A DNA stretch of 64,000 nt from NCBI RefSeq assembly GCF_009914755.1, contig NC_060940.1, one strand, 5' to 3'. This document shows positions 38,031 to 51,147 of this stretch, piece after piece. The notes beneath the pieces were generated by a model. The model had not been told where the DNA came from. It saw only the letters and a list, made by a program, of their open reading frames with translations, and did no database searches. The translations under genes were made by a program, and so were the position numbers. The stretch's first letter is position 1. Each line of letters begins with the position of its first letter. This stretch comes from the human T2T-CHM13v2.0 reference genome, Homo sapiens.

Positions 38031-39891
38031 TGGAGATTGTAACTCTTACTAATCTGGTGGTGGTGTCCTCCTCAAAGTAAAATAACAAGGCAAAGGCTTC
38101 AAATCAAGCTGCATTTGAAAAGTTGCATTTTTTGGTATCAAAGTCCTCCAAGATGGATTTATTTTTCTATTTTATGATTCCGTAAAAGGCTTCCTATAAG
38201 ACTTGTTTGTTGGGGGTGGGACTCCCTCTCTGGTGCTGCTAGGGCGGGGTACCTGACATTAGTCGCACCTGCAGTGGATTCGACACATTAAACCTCAGAG
38301 CATTGCGTGAGTGTGGCTCTAGAAAGCCGCCTCAACTGCCCAGGTTTCTTAGCGATCAGTCATCTTGATCAAAGTAAGAAGCAGCCAGTGTCCAAGGCAA
38401 AATCTGTGTGGTCGTGTTGAGAGAACCAGGCATATTCGCCACAAGATACCTGTGCCTTCTGCCATTAAGCAGGTCTGACAACGTGAAAGCTGGCTGAGCT
38501 GAGGGAGTTGATGAGCTGTCAACCTCAGGGGCTGCTCAGCCCTTCGGGGGTGCTTTGCAAGCCTGGTTGCCCTCCAGGTGTCATTTTGCTAGGGGTTGAC
38601 AGAGCAGGCTACTGCCCTTCTGCAAATACTCTTAAGATCATGTGAGTTAATACACAGGACGTGCTTAGACAGGGGCTGGCACTGTTCTCAGTGTTCTGTT
38701 AGCAATTATTACCATTATTTTCACTTAGATTTGTCATTATGTACACACAGCTGCCTGTGGACATGTGCAGGCACATCCATGTAATATATTAATATAATTA
38801 GGAAAGTGGGGGCATTCAGTACTTTCTAGGTATACACATGAACAGACACACAAATATACATAGGACGTGCAGATGTAATGGGATTTAATGTTCCCAAACT
38901 CTTGCAGTCATAACCGTCTGCCCAGAGTCAATCTTAGATAGAGAGCCAGCACCGTGAGGCCAAGAGAATGTCTTGCTCCTGGATCTGGCTGGTGTTCCTG
39001 AGAGAAGGACAAGACGCCGCAGTGTTCCTTTGACCCAAAGATGGAAGCAAGACAGATAACACTCCGAAGTGTGGTAGCAAGCCAAGCACCCTGGAGTTAG
39101 GGGCTTAAATCCAGGCATCAGGTGGTTATGAGTCCTGTGACCCTGTGCAAATTAGCCTCCCCACCTGGGGATTGGGAACCACAGCGAAGTCACGGAGCTG
39201 CTGTATGGTGCATAAGAAAGCGTATAGCTCACTGCTTAGCATCATGATCGTTCCTTAAAATGAGATTCAGGGCTCATGGTGCCAAGGTCCTCTTGGAAGC
39301 CTCATGCACAGAGTGTCTTCAGACCTAAGATTGAGGAACCTGTTTGAGAAAGTTTCAGGTGTTCTTCCTCACCACCATCACCATGAGCAAAATGGATTAT
39401 TCACTGGCCATATTTCTCCTTTTTACCTCAGCCAACAAGGCACGCAGGATCAAATGTGTGGTTCTACCATAATGACTCTATGGACAGGATCCCCTGTGGC
39501 TGGCATGCTGTCACCATCTCCTCCTCCTTTTCTTTTTTCTCTGATCCTTGTTTTTATCTGCTTGTACTTCTGCCTTATTGTGCTTAGTTGTGCAAGCCAC
39601 CGCAAATCCAGTATGGATTGATGTGGGGTATAAATAAATTTTTAAAAAGTTGAACCTTGAATCTGTTCAATAATTCTCCAGGATTTTGCTTAGCTTTACT
39701 GTGCTGCTTCCAATTTCAGACTCCCTAGCTTTGCCTATTGGCTGACTGTAACCATAAAGATAACTGATTCCTGTACCAAGCCTAATAAGATCAATTAAAT
39801 TACTTGTAAAAATGGTCCCTACTAGGGGAAATGCTAGATGAGATGCTAAAACTCATCTGTCTAAAAACAAGAGACAAGCTCTTTCTTGGAT

Positions 39892-39945
39892 TTTTTCTTT
39901 TTCTTTTTCTTTCTTTCTTTCTTTCTTTCTTTCTCTTTCTTTTTT
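39892..39945. repeat. (CTTT)n-rich tract
   Basis: Direct reading. Confidence 0.85.
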
Positions 39946-40967
39946 GCAGCTGATCAGTGCTCCTCATGCATTTTGAAGCTTCTTTGCCCAAGGTGTCTGT
40001 GACAGATGGCTCGTGAAGCAGCAGGAATGCACAAAACCTCTGCTATTATTTTTAATAAAAAAATACTGACTCTAGAATAAATTGACTATTGAAAAGGCTG
40101 AGAATTCAGTCCTTGAAACTAATTGTGCCAAGTATGGGCACATTATAACTTCTCCAGCATGGACTATGTGGCCATGATGGTAGGCTTGGCAATTAAAAAG
40201 ACAAGGGGAGAGATGCCCCAAACTGCCGGGCCTCCTGCTCCATCCTCCAGGTTTGAACTACGGCTGGTTGCAAGGAGTGTATTTGTGCTTGCATTAGAAA
40301 ATTAGGAACGCCTGCAGAAAATGGCTTTCCCACAGATAAAAGACTATTAAGTCTCTTAAATGCTGGAAAATGTCTTCATGAGCATATTCAGTGATTTGGC
40401 ACTTACTCCACATGAGAACGTCCCTACCATGATGTCCAGTAAAGAATGGGCTACGTGTCCCGCAGACTTGATTACCTCCCTGCTCCAGCTTGGCTCTTTC
40501 TACAAGGGCTGTGCTGGCCCAAACATCAATGTCTCATTTAACTTTTGAAAATCGTCCTCTTGGCATCTAGACCTGTTGTTTTCCTGGCCTGCTAGGATAA
40601 ATACGGAATTCTAGGGTGACTTTTATTATGCTCTTTTCAGTATTGGTAATAAAGTGGCACTATGCTGTGGATAGGACTGGGTTCACATCCCAACTCTGCC
40701 TTTTCCTGATTGAGCTGCTGAGTAACTCTTCTGCCTCCTGATTTGCAAAATAAGGATACTGGCTTTTAATTCCTAAGGTGGTTCTGAAGATGACATGAGA
40801 CAATGTCAGTAAAATACCTAGCACTAAGCTTGGCACATAGTAGGCATAGAAAAGGAGGAGTTGGCAGCTTGATTATGGTCAAATCTAAGAAGATTTGATG
40901 CAGACCCAACTTCCTAGGGCCACTGAGGATTAAATAGGTATATATAAATTAGCTCAATAAAAGTGAT

Positions 40968-41260
40968 TATTTTTTTCTTGAGACAGGGTCTCATTTTGTC
41001 ACCCAGGCTGAAGTACAGTGGCACCATCTTTGCTCACTGCAGCCTTGACTTCCTGAGCTCAAGTCAGCCTCCCACATTAGCCTTCCAAGTAGTTGGGACT
41101 ACAGGCGTGTGCCACCATGACCAGCTACTGTTGTACTTTTTGTAGAGATGGGATTTTGCCATGTTGCCCAGGCTGGTCTGAATCTCTTGAGCTCAAGTGA
41201 TCTGCCCACCTCAGCCTCCCAAAGTGCTGGGATTACGAGCATGTACCACTACACTTGGCC
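40968..41260 (-). mobile_element. AluJ
   Basis: gctcactgcagccttgacttcctgagctcaag; TSD core AAGTGATT. Confidence 0.92.
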
Positions 41261-41477
41261 CATAAGTGATTTTTTAAAAATAAGTAAATATTTACAAGAA
41301 ATTAATTCCCTGAGATCGTCAGGACCCAACCTTGTCTTCATTTTAAGTATTGTCAGCTCAGAGTTCTAATGAGGCTACAAGAGCATTAGAGATAGACTTT
41401 CAAAATATTAAAAGAAAAAATTTCCTAGGCACCTCCAATGAAAAGGATATGTTCCCTGACCTCAAGAAGTTTCCAGT

Positions 41478-41926
<449 letters not shown>

Positions 41927-42525
41927 TCATTGCCCTTGGGATTTGTTACCTGGCAAGAAAGCAAACACTGAACCAGTAATGATAAGTAATGACTGATTTT
42001 GAAGGAACCATACAGGCACCTAGGAATACAGAAAGGGATTTCCTTCCTGAGTTGGGGGATGGAGGAAGGTTTCTTTGAAGAAGTAGCATTTGAGCCTGCT
42101 TCCTCGAGGGTGAGTAGGAGAAAAGACAGTAGGGCTTCATGGACAAAGAGACAGAATATACACAGGCGAAGAGGAGAGAAAGCGACGGTGAGCTTGAAAG
42201 GTTCAAAGAAGCCGAGACAGCTGCAACTCAAGTAGAATTCATCGTATTTTTTTTCTTTTACTAAAAATAGAATGACAGAATAAGAAATTTATATAAGGAG
42301 TATTCAAGCAGACCCCAAAGGCCAAAGTTCATGGATGAGGTTTCCTCTTTCCTCTCCGCTCAGCTTTTAGGTTTCTTTCTTTGTCCCACCCATCTTCGTT
42401 CCCTGATGGTAGGTCCATGATGTAGAAAGTTTACAAAAGAAAATGTCTCAGGGAAAGGTTCCTCCATGAATCTGTTAGGAAGAAAAACTCCAGTGAGGCT
42501 GCACACCAGCAGCACTAATCATTTT

Positions 42526-42943
42526 ATTTTATTTGTGGCTGTGTAGTAGTATTGTGTGGCGTATATGTACCACCTTTTCTTTATCGTGTCTACCATTGAT
42601 GGGCATTTAAGTTGAATCCATGTCTTTGCTATTGTGAATAGTGCTGCAATGAACATACATGTGCATGTGTCTTTATAATAGAATGATTTATATTCCTTTG
42701 TGTATATACCCAGTGATGGGATTGCTGGGTTGAACGCTATTTGTATTTTTAGGTCTTTGAGGAATCGCCATACTATCTTCCACAATGGTTAAACTCATTT
42801 ACACTTCCACCAACAATGTATAAGCAGTCCTTTTTCTCTAATACCTCACCAGCATCTGTTATTTTTTGACTTTTTAATATTAGTCATTCTAACTGGTGTG
42901 AGATGGTATCTCAATGTGGTATTGGTTTGCATTTCTCTAATGA
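42526..42943 (-). mobile_element. L1PA ORF2 C-terminal fragment lacking the 3'UTR, with TSD
   Basis: ORF-track peptide 42519-42785 (WRFLKDL...YYKDTCTCMFIAALFTIAKTW) is L1 ORF2; TSD CACT(A/G)ATCATTTT. Confidence 0.9.
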
Positions 42944-43554
42944 CACTGATCATTTTGAAGAATTTATTCTTGCATACTCTTGGTTAAATGCATAAAGTGA
43001 TAAATTAAACTGAGTCTTTATAAGCAAGTATAAATTAGTGGTTATTTGGGGGCTATTTCTGATTTACACAATAACGTATACTAATCACATTCATTAAGAT
43101 GAGTGAAGAAATTGATTTAGCTGGAAAGCATAGCTCTACAGAGGCATAGCCAAAGTCTGGCTATATAAAAACATTTTTACCACCAATATTTTCAGGCAAA
43201 TGTGCCAATAAAAGGTATATTCTATGTGAAATTGCAGCACCCTATTGGAAATGGCCTGCTTTAACAGTCCTGGTTCCTGCTTATTAAGATGCACCTTCTT
43301 AATGTATGCAATAAAAATTAGACTCAAAGATATCTAGTGATATTTAGCCAGCTTCAGTGACTGGTCTAGAAATAAAAAGATATGCCAGTAAAACCCGAGT
43401 GTTGCAAATACTGTTACTGATGATGATCAAGAAGAGAGGAAGGCACTCTGTGAAAGATTGGGTACACAGTGTTCTGTCTGATATGTGGCTTTTTTGGCAT
43501 CAAATGTGCACTGCGGACCATTGGCACTTTTCAGAGGTGGCCAACACATAGGTG

Positions 43555-43765
43555 CCAGGGACAATTAACAGAGACGTGGTGGCAAACTCATTAACGCAAG
43601 AAGAGAATCTGCCATTCAGAGACATTAATTTAACATGACACCAACAGGGGTGTTTGTATGTGCGCGTTGTGGTGTCAGACATTCTGCTCTAATTGAGTTA
43701 ATTAAAAGTTAATGGCACAGAGCACATCGTGACGCTATAAATAACAGGCACGTGACCAGTCCTTA
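43555..43765. promoter_or_regulatory. Candidate intronic enhancer (homeobox/MEF2/E-box cluster)
   Basis: Non-repeat; TAATTG, TTAATTAA, CTATAAATAA (MEF2), CACGTGAC (USF/TFE), retained CpGs. Motif evidence only. Confidence 0.4.
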
Positions 43766-44569
43766 TACTCTCATTTGAATAAACCTTTAGCTCACCATCA
43801 CATTCCACTTCTGAAGGATTCATTCCACATCACTGCCTCTCCTTCCACCTTTGAAGAGGGTGAGTGCTATTCCATTTGATACATAAACAAAAGGAATTGG
43901 AAAAGATAAAAGGAGGCTTGTGTGCTATGTCATAAATATCACCCATCATTGCCAGCCTTGTACTTAAACTTCTTGCTGGGAAGGGGGAAAATGTGTCCTC
44001 CTAGCCAGGGCTGTGGTAGGATGTGGGGAGAGCAGGGAACCTCCTGCTGCTCATGGTGGATGGGAGGCCGGCTGAGGGGGACAGTCACTAAGAAGATGAG
44101 TTGGAAGTAAGATTGATATAAACCTTATGGATGGGAAAGCTGTTTTCCTCTCTGAGCTTCAGTTTCTCATCTGTGAAGTGGAGCTAATGAGAATCTGGTA
44201 TCCACGTCATTGAATGCTTCTCAGCATGAAATGGGAGAAATCTCTAAAACACTTGACACAATGTTGGGCACACAGCGAGTCTTCCATAAAGGTTAGATGG
44301 TGCTGCTTGGAAAGTCTGTCTCCTGAGCGTGGGGAGAACAGCCCCTCAGGTATGGCTGTACCCACCTCCCTTTCTCAGCATCCTTGTTTGGGTGGCCAGT
44401 GGAGTTCTCGACGTTCGTTTTTAAGTGTTGGTTTGGTTGATTACATTATGTTACAAATGCATCCAAAAAAGGAAATGTGCGACATAGTACTTACATAGAT
44501 TACAGGCAGAGAAACACTTGAAAATCATTCACTTAAGACAAAGTCAATAGAAGACTTCTCAGTCTCAAA

Positions 44570-44649
44570 TTTTTTTTTATTTTATTATTATACTGTAAGT
44601 TTTAGAGTACATGTGCACAATGTGCAGGTTAGTTACATAGGTATACGTG
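44570..44649 (-). mobile_element. Very short L1PA2/3-like 3' end
   Basis: ttattatactgtaagttttagagtacatgtgcacaatgtgcaggttagttacat. Confidence 0.85.
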
Positions 44650-45022
44650 ATTTTGACTGAGCAAACTCGCTTCAGTTTGCTTAAAACTGAATGCTGAGCC
44701 TTCTAGCCCTGAGGCAAAGAGGTATCCATGGCAGCTTACCTACCTCTCATGTTTCCAGCACCATGAACCACAGCACCCCTTCAAGTGAAAGAAGCAAACT
44801 TCTTTGGGGGCCTAAAATCATGGGAGAAATTCAGATTGCTCATCGTGCAACCAAATGAACATCATTCTTGAGTGATTCTAACAATTGAAAGAGGACAAAA
44901 ATGCTTCTTACGTGGCTCTCTCGGAAGAATTTCTGGTAATAGTCAAAGATGAGGACTTTCAAACTTTTTGGCAGGTTCTCACAGTATATAATAGTTTTTT
45001 TTTTTGTAACCATGTACCCCCA

Positions 45023-45024
<2 letters not shown>

Positions 45025-45074
<50 letters not shown>
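45025..45074. repeat. (AC)25 microsatellite
   Basis: Direct reading. Confidence 0.97.
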
Positions 45075-45077
<3 letters not shown>

Positions 45078-45241
45078 CTCTCAAAACAAAGTTTACAAAT
45101 AATACTTAGTCTATGTGGTGCTTTGTAGTTTCTCTTCTACTGTCCCTTGTTACTTAAAATACTGGTCATGACCTATAAATTGATTTTATGATCTAAAAAT
45201 GAATTGTGAAACCTGGTTTAAAAAATGCTGATGCAAGATGT

Positions 45242-45375
45242 TAGGTAAGAACATATTTCTGCAAAAATACTTAAGTGGAGGGACAGGAATGAGTGGGGCT
45301 AGGTGTCCAGTGTTCTGGAAAGAATTAAATTTTTTATTAGTATCTATTTCTCATATTTCTCCCCAGCACAGTCAG
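45242..45375 (+). repeat. Donor copy of a dispersed local duplication
   Basis: Near-identical to 46373-46498. Confidence 0.95.
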
Positions 45376-46257
45376 TTCTGCGTGGCGCAGCCATCCTACC
45401 AAGGGGAGTCTGTGGGAACCAGGACACTTGATTGCTTTTTAGCTCAGTCTTCGAGGGAGTGCTGGAGCAACTCTGTGCATCGGAATCACCCGGGATCCCA
45501 GCAGGTCTGGGAGGGACTGAGATTCTGCTCCCAGGTGATGCTGATACTGCTGCTCCCCAAAGTGCGTTGGGCCATACACTGAACAGCAAAGGAAGAGAAA
45601 AATGCAAAGTTGGAACCTTGTGTTTCCTGGCCTCCACCGACAGCCCCATCCAGTAATGCCTCCTTTCTCCTTCAAGGGCATCTTATTGTCTCATTACTCA
45701 CATTTAGAGACTGATTATGTCATTTAGTAAGCCTTCGATTGAATATTTAAAAGCCACTTGGATGAAGTTAAAAGTCAGCAAAGAATGTATTTGAAAAGCA
45801 TGCATAGCTCATAGCTCCTAGAACTGACAGTGAAATGGATGCACCAGGTCTTGGGGGGCGGCCATGTATCGGGGGAGCTCTGGGCTTTGGTAGCAGGAAC
45901 TGGTGGAGATCTTTTTATGTGAGGCCATTGGACTGAAGCAGCATCCCATGTCCTTTGGCCCTTGCAGTAGACCCTCACATTTCAGGGAAAGGATTTAAGA
46001 GGCCCCTTGGCTCACAGGTCCACTCCTCAGCCAAGGAGAACAGGGCATCTTGACTGACCCACCAAGACTTTGTTATGACATAGTGACCACGGTTCAGTTT
46101 CCATGCAAGGGGGCGTGCATGCGGAGTGGGCAGATACAGCCACAGCACATGGGTTGCTGAAAACTAAGTGGCTTTGAGAGGAAGGTAAGTGCTTTTGCTA
46201 AACACCAACTCTGTGGAAAGCTCATTACCGATACGTTAACTTCATCCCCTCGATAAG

Positions 46258-46594
46258 CCAGCTGTTCTCAATTGGGGATGACTTTACCCTTCAGGGGAGA
46301 ACTGGCAGTGTCTGGATGAATTTTTGGTTGTCACAGCTGGGTTGGGGGGTTGGGGGTGCTCCTGGCATCTGGTAGGTAAGAACATATTTCTGCAAAAATA
46401 CTGAAGTGGAGGGACAGGAATGAGTGGGGCTAGGTGTCCAGTGTTCTGGAAAGTATCTATTAGTATCTATTTCTCATATTTCTCCCCAGCACAGTCAGGG
46501 ATGTGGCTCAACATCCTGCAATGCCCAGGACAGCCCCCATGACAAAGAAATTATCCAGTACAAATGTCACTAGTGCCAAAGCTGAGAAGCCCTG
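46258..46594 (+). mobile_element. MER20 interrupted by the templated insertion
   Basis: cagctgttctcaa...tggcatctggtag[insert]cagggatg...gctgagaagccctg. Confidence 0.88.
46373..46498 (+). repeat. Inserted copy of 45242-45375 inside MER20
   Basis: One substitution plus a 12-to-4-nt internal replacement relative to the donor. Confidence 0.95.
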
Positions 46595-49354
46595 CAAAAA
46601 ACTTGCATGATAGTGACGGTTTTCTTTATTTTCCTCTTTTTTTTTTTTTTTGATGACAGAAAGTTAGATAACAGTCACAAGATCAGAAAGCGAATAAGTG
46701 GCAGAGCTTGAACCCAGATCTGTGGGGTACCAGGACACCCTGCCTTCTTGCTGTACCTCTCAATACTGGTCTCTTGTGCCTGCCTGCCAAGGAACAGAGG
46801 CAGTGGGAGGAGGCACTCAAAGAGTCTTATGAGCCTGATAACAAATGTGTGAGTTCCCTCCCTTTGCTGATCAGATTTGTTCTGTTCCATTCCGGAGTCA
46901 CTGCAAACTACCAGGTTTTAATTCAACCGTAACCTGTGGGAAGGCTTCACGTCTGAGGTTACCTGGTGCAGCTGTCTTCACGCTGGCACACTGAGAAGTT
47001 ACCAAATGATTAATAGCCGTGGAGTTTCCCAAAACATCCAGGTGGAAGACACACAACTGGCTTACTGTCTTTTAATATTCAGTCATATAAATTGAATATA
47101 AGAGGGTAACAGCAGGCACCCCTGGAGACCTGGGCATGAGGTTTAGCTTCATGCAATCCCCTGTAAGTATAATTTCCCCAGACCACATGGGGTAACGGGC
47201 CTCCATGTCTCTGATTTGCCCATGGGGGGAGGACATTAAGTCTGCACAGCTGTGGTGTAATCAGATGTGTAGGGAGACTCTGAGAGCCAGAGGAATCTCT
47301 TTTCCATGCTGTCTCACCTGAAATGCTTGTCAATTAATGTAGACTTGTGGTAGACATTTTGTTTGAAAAGAAGAAATTTCATTTTCTTTCAAATATTATA
47401 TGGTGCAGGTGAAGCACCTGGGGTTTTTCTAATTATACCGTGAGCCATTGGGAAGTATGAACATATTTTACACATTAAAAGACCTGGATTTTGCTGGAGA
47501 CCCTAGAGAATGTTCTCATTGGAGTCCCCCTCATTTACCTTGGAAAGGACTGTCTGAATTTGAAAAGAAATCTGAAGCAGGAAAAACATATAAAGAAATA
47601 TGAAAAAATGGTATAACTTTCAAGGGAAAGGGTTTCCTTAAAAATTCATGAGATGGGTTATAATAAATGCACTAGAATAACTTGTAACAAAAATACCAAC
47701 AGTGTTTCTTTGGCAGATGTTTCTCAAATATTTGGGGTGGTTTCAATGGTTTTAAAAGCTTTCTCCCAACGCTTTTATGTTGCCTATTTGGACCACCAAT
47801 TGAGTAAGAATTTGGCTAATTAGTGTAAATTCATTAGGCTTTAGCATAATTATATTTCAAACCAACCAGCTAAATTGATATGATGTTGTTTGTCCTGAGA
47901 ATGACTAAATGACTGATAGGAAATGGGATATATTCTTTGAAACTCGATATTCTTAGAGCTTGGCAAACCGTCTGGTGTTCAAATACATTTTGTTATTTGA
48001 ATGAATACATATTAGCTATGGATATAAACAAGGAGGGAGAGATGGATGGGCTGAGTGTGATTATGCCAGAAAAACAGGAGTCGAGCTCATCGCAAGACCT
48101 AGCAGTAATTTTTAGGAATCAAGTGATACAGGTGTTTTCATAAGTTCTCAGATGGGAAACAATTAGTGAAAGCAACAATTCCACCTTTTTGTACAAAACA
48201 TCCTTTTGCTTAGTTGGTTGTCTGCTTGCTCCTCAAACATTCGGAACATTTCCAGGATCAGTGAATATATAACAGCGATGTTTTGTTTTCAGAAAATCAG
48301 GCTGATAGTGTTGTACTGAACTCAAATCTGCCTTTTAGGAAATATCCATTTCCTCCTGGTTCTTCCTCTTGAGATATGCAGAGATCTACCAACCACATCA
48401 CAGAATGGAACTCAGATCATTAAAGGACAGATTCCTTGACTTGGTTCATAGGAATGGTCTTGACTCCTCCCTAGCCACCGCCCACTGAATGGTTTGATAT
48501 AAAAAAAACAAAACAAAACAAAACTTAAAATATGATCTTCGTGATGTGGTTTGGCCAATGTAGAGGATTAAAACCATTACCACTGCTTCTTCTGCTTATG
48601 AGGCTTTTGACTGGCTTCCTCTTTTCTGTCATCCAGGTTCTCAAACCCCATGATGAACGGTGCAGGCAGGGAGAGTGGCAGAGACAGCAGGCTGCTGCCA
48701 TGGCCTCAATCCCAGCCACTTAAGTTGGCTTCACCATTTTCCTGCCCATGTGTACTACAGGTTGACGGCTAGAGACACTGTGAACATCCCACTACTTGCC
48801 ACTGAGGCTGAATTTTTTAAAAAAAATAATGATAGCAGAAACACCTCAGACAGTCTTTCATGCAGAGACTCAGTTTAACACTTCAGAAAATTTTTGTTCT
48901 TATGTCAAGATCCTAAAGTTCCTAGATAGATTCCAAGATAGAAGTACCCAACCTATTGTGGCTCTACATCCAATTTCCATTTTTTATTAGCATGTGATTT
49001 TCTTAACATACTGCCATTATCATAAGTTGGACACCCCATTTTCAAGGCAACTGAAGTGAATCAGAGTTATAGATAGCAGACATAGGGTATAAATTGCTGC
49101 TGCCCAACCCTGAATACATTTTTTTTCATCCAGTATGATGCTCTCCTGATAAATACCACCTGTTCAATGGGAATTTAAGACAGGTTGTCATTTTAGCAGT
49201 CAAACTTTCTGTTGGATCACACTGAGTTTATGGTCAGCTTGAACTCTCAAATCTTTGTTTATGAATTTTTATCAATCTCTGACTTTTCCAACTTGGTTTG
49301 GCCAATCGCTTTTTGAAATAGAACTTTATATTTAACTTCATCAATAACATATGT

Positions 49355-49525
49355 AGAAATATATATACTTATATGTGGATATATACATCGTATATATGTA
49401 TATATAGTATTTGTGTGTGTACATATTATACACATGTATGTGTGTGTATATGTATATATGTATATGTGTGTGTATATATATGTATGTGTGTGTGTGTGTG
49501 TATACATATGTGTATATATATATAT
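49355..49525. repeat. (TA)/(TG) low-complexity repeat
   Basis: Direct reading. Confidence 0.9.
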
Positions 49526-49559
49526 GCCCTTTAAGACTAATGCAATAACTTTTAAGGTT

Positions 49560-50850
49560 CTTTTTGATTGAAGAAATATATGTAATTAATATCAAATCAT
49601 ATCTATGGCTTGCAGCTTACCCCTCTGCCTACCCCTAATTTCTAATTCCTAGAGACAACACCCCTCTAAACTCCTTTGGCTGGTTTTTTTTTTCTGGCAT
49701 TTGTGTATGCATTTCTCAATACATAATTATACTATCATCATACTATTATAATTTTCACTTATAAACATTTATTTCTCCTATTAAAACTAAAGATATGGCT
49801 GTCAAACTGTGCACACATTTATTATCCCTTTATATTCTAGGTTTATGTTATTGTGGCTATAAGAATCTGCTGTAAATAATTATATGAAATACGACTCTGA
49901 TAGAATTTTCTTTGTCACCTATCATTTTGTTTTTCCAGGTGTTAATAATTATTTCTTCATTTGTTTAGTGTTCTATGTATTTTTTATTAAATCCTATGCC
50001 AAACATTCCAACAGAGCTGTGAGATACTTGTCAATGTCTTTAAATGTCTCAAGTCGTCTGTTTGTTTGTTCTTATTTTCTTGGAATTTGTTTTTCTTGGA
50101 ATTCTCTGTATTTCTGCTCTAGTTTCTTCCTCTAAGCCTGCTTCTCAGCCATCACCCTGACTGGCCATCAAACTGGGAACTCTGTTTGCCTTTGTCCTGT
50201 ACTGAGTCTCCTCTTTCCCAAATCCTTTCTCTTTTTCCTTCCTGGTTAACCTCTGGATTATGTGTGTATTTCGCATGCCTGAAAATCCTTTTTCTACTTT
50301 TAGACTTGCAAATTTGGCTGGATATAGAACTCTAAGTTGAATATATTTTTCAATAGATGATGAACTTGGAAGATTCATTATCTAATTTTCTTTCAACTCC
50401 CTTTTACATAACTGTCTTCTCTTAAAAATACTTCGTACATTTCTTCAACTTTATCTTATGACCACTCTGTTGTTGTATTATTGTTTAATCTTTGCCATCA
50501 TAATTTCAATTTTAATGGTTTTTTTTGTTCTCTCAATGTTCATTTTTATAGTAATCTTTGTTTTGTGAATACAGTATCCCCTCTTAGCTCTTCAAGAATA
50601 TCATTTACAGGTGTTTGGGTTTTAAAGATTCACCTGTTTTCTGTTGCTTCTAAATTTCTGCTTTTTTTTTTTTTTTTTTTTTTTTTGGTCTGTGTCATGT
50701 TAGAAGGGTTGTTCACATTCTTTGTGAATCTTTGCTGCCGTTGTCCTCTGAGTGAAGCACTAAAGGCTCTTTAGGAGTTTTGCATGGACGTGCATGAAAA
50801 CTGATGAGCCTCAAAATGGGTGATGGGGTTGGGACTCCACCATCAGTATC
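49560..50850 (-). mobile_element. Ancient LINE-like region (L1ME/HAL1-like), highly decayed
   Basis: T-rich text with aatttggctggatatagaactctaagttga motif. Confidence 0.4.
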
Positions 50851-50855
50851 TGTAG

Positions 50856-51147
<292 letters not shown>

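Noticed and set aside
42519-42785. ORF with L1 ORF2 similarity
   Set aside because: Dead L1 fragment, not an independent gene.
45236-45250. TAG|GTAAGA as a recursive splice site
   Set aside because: No upstream polypyrimidine tract.
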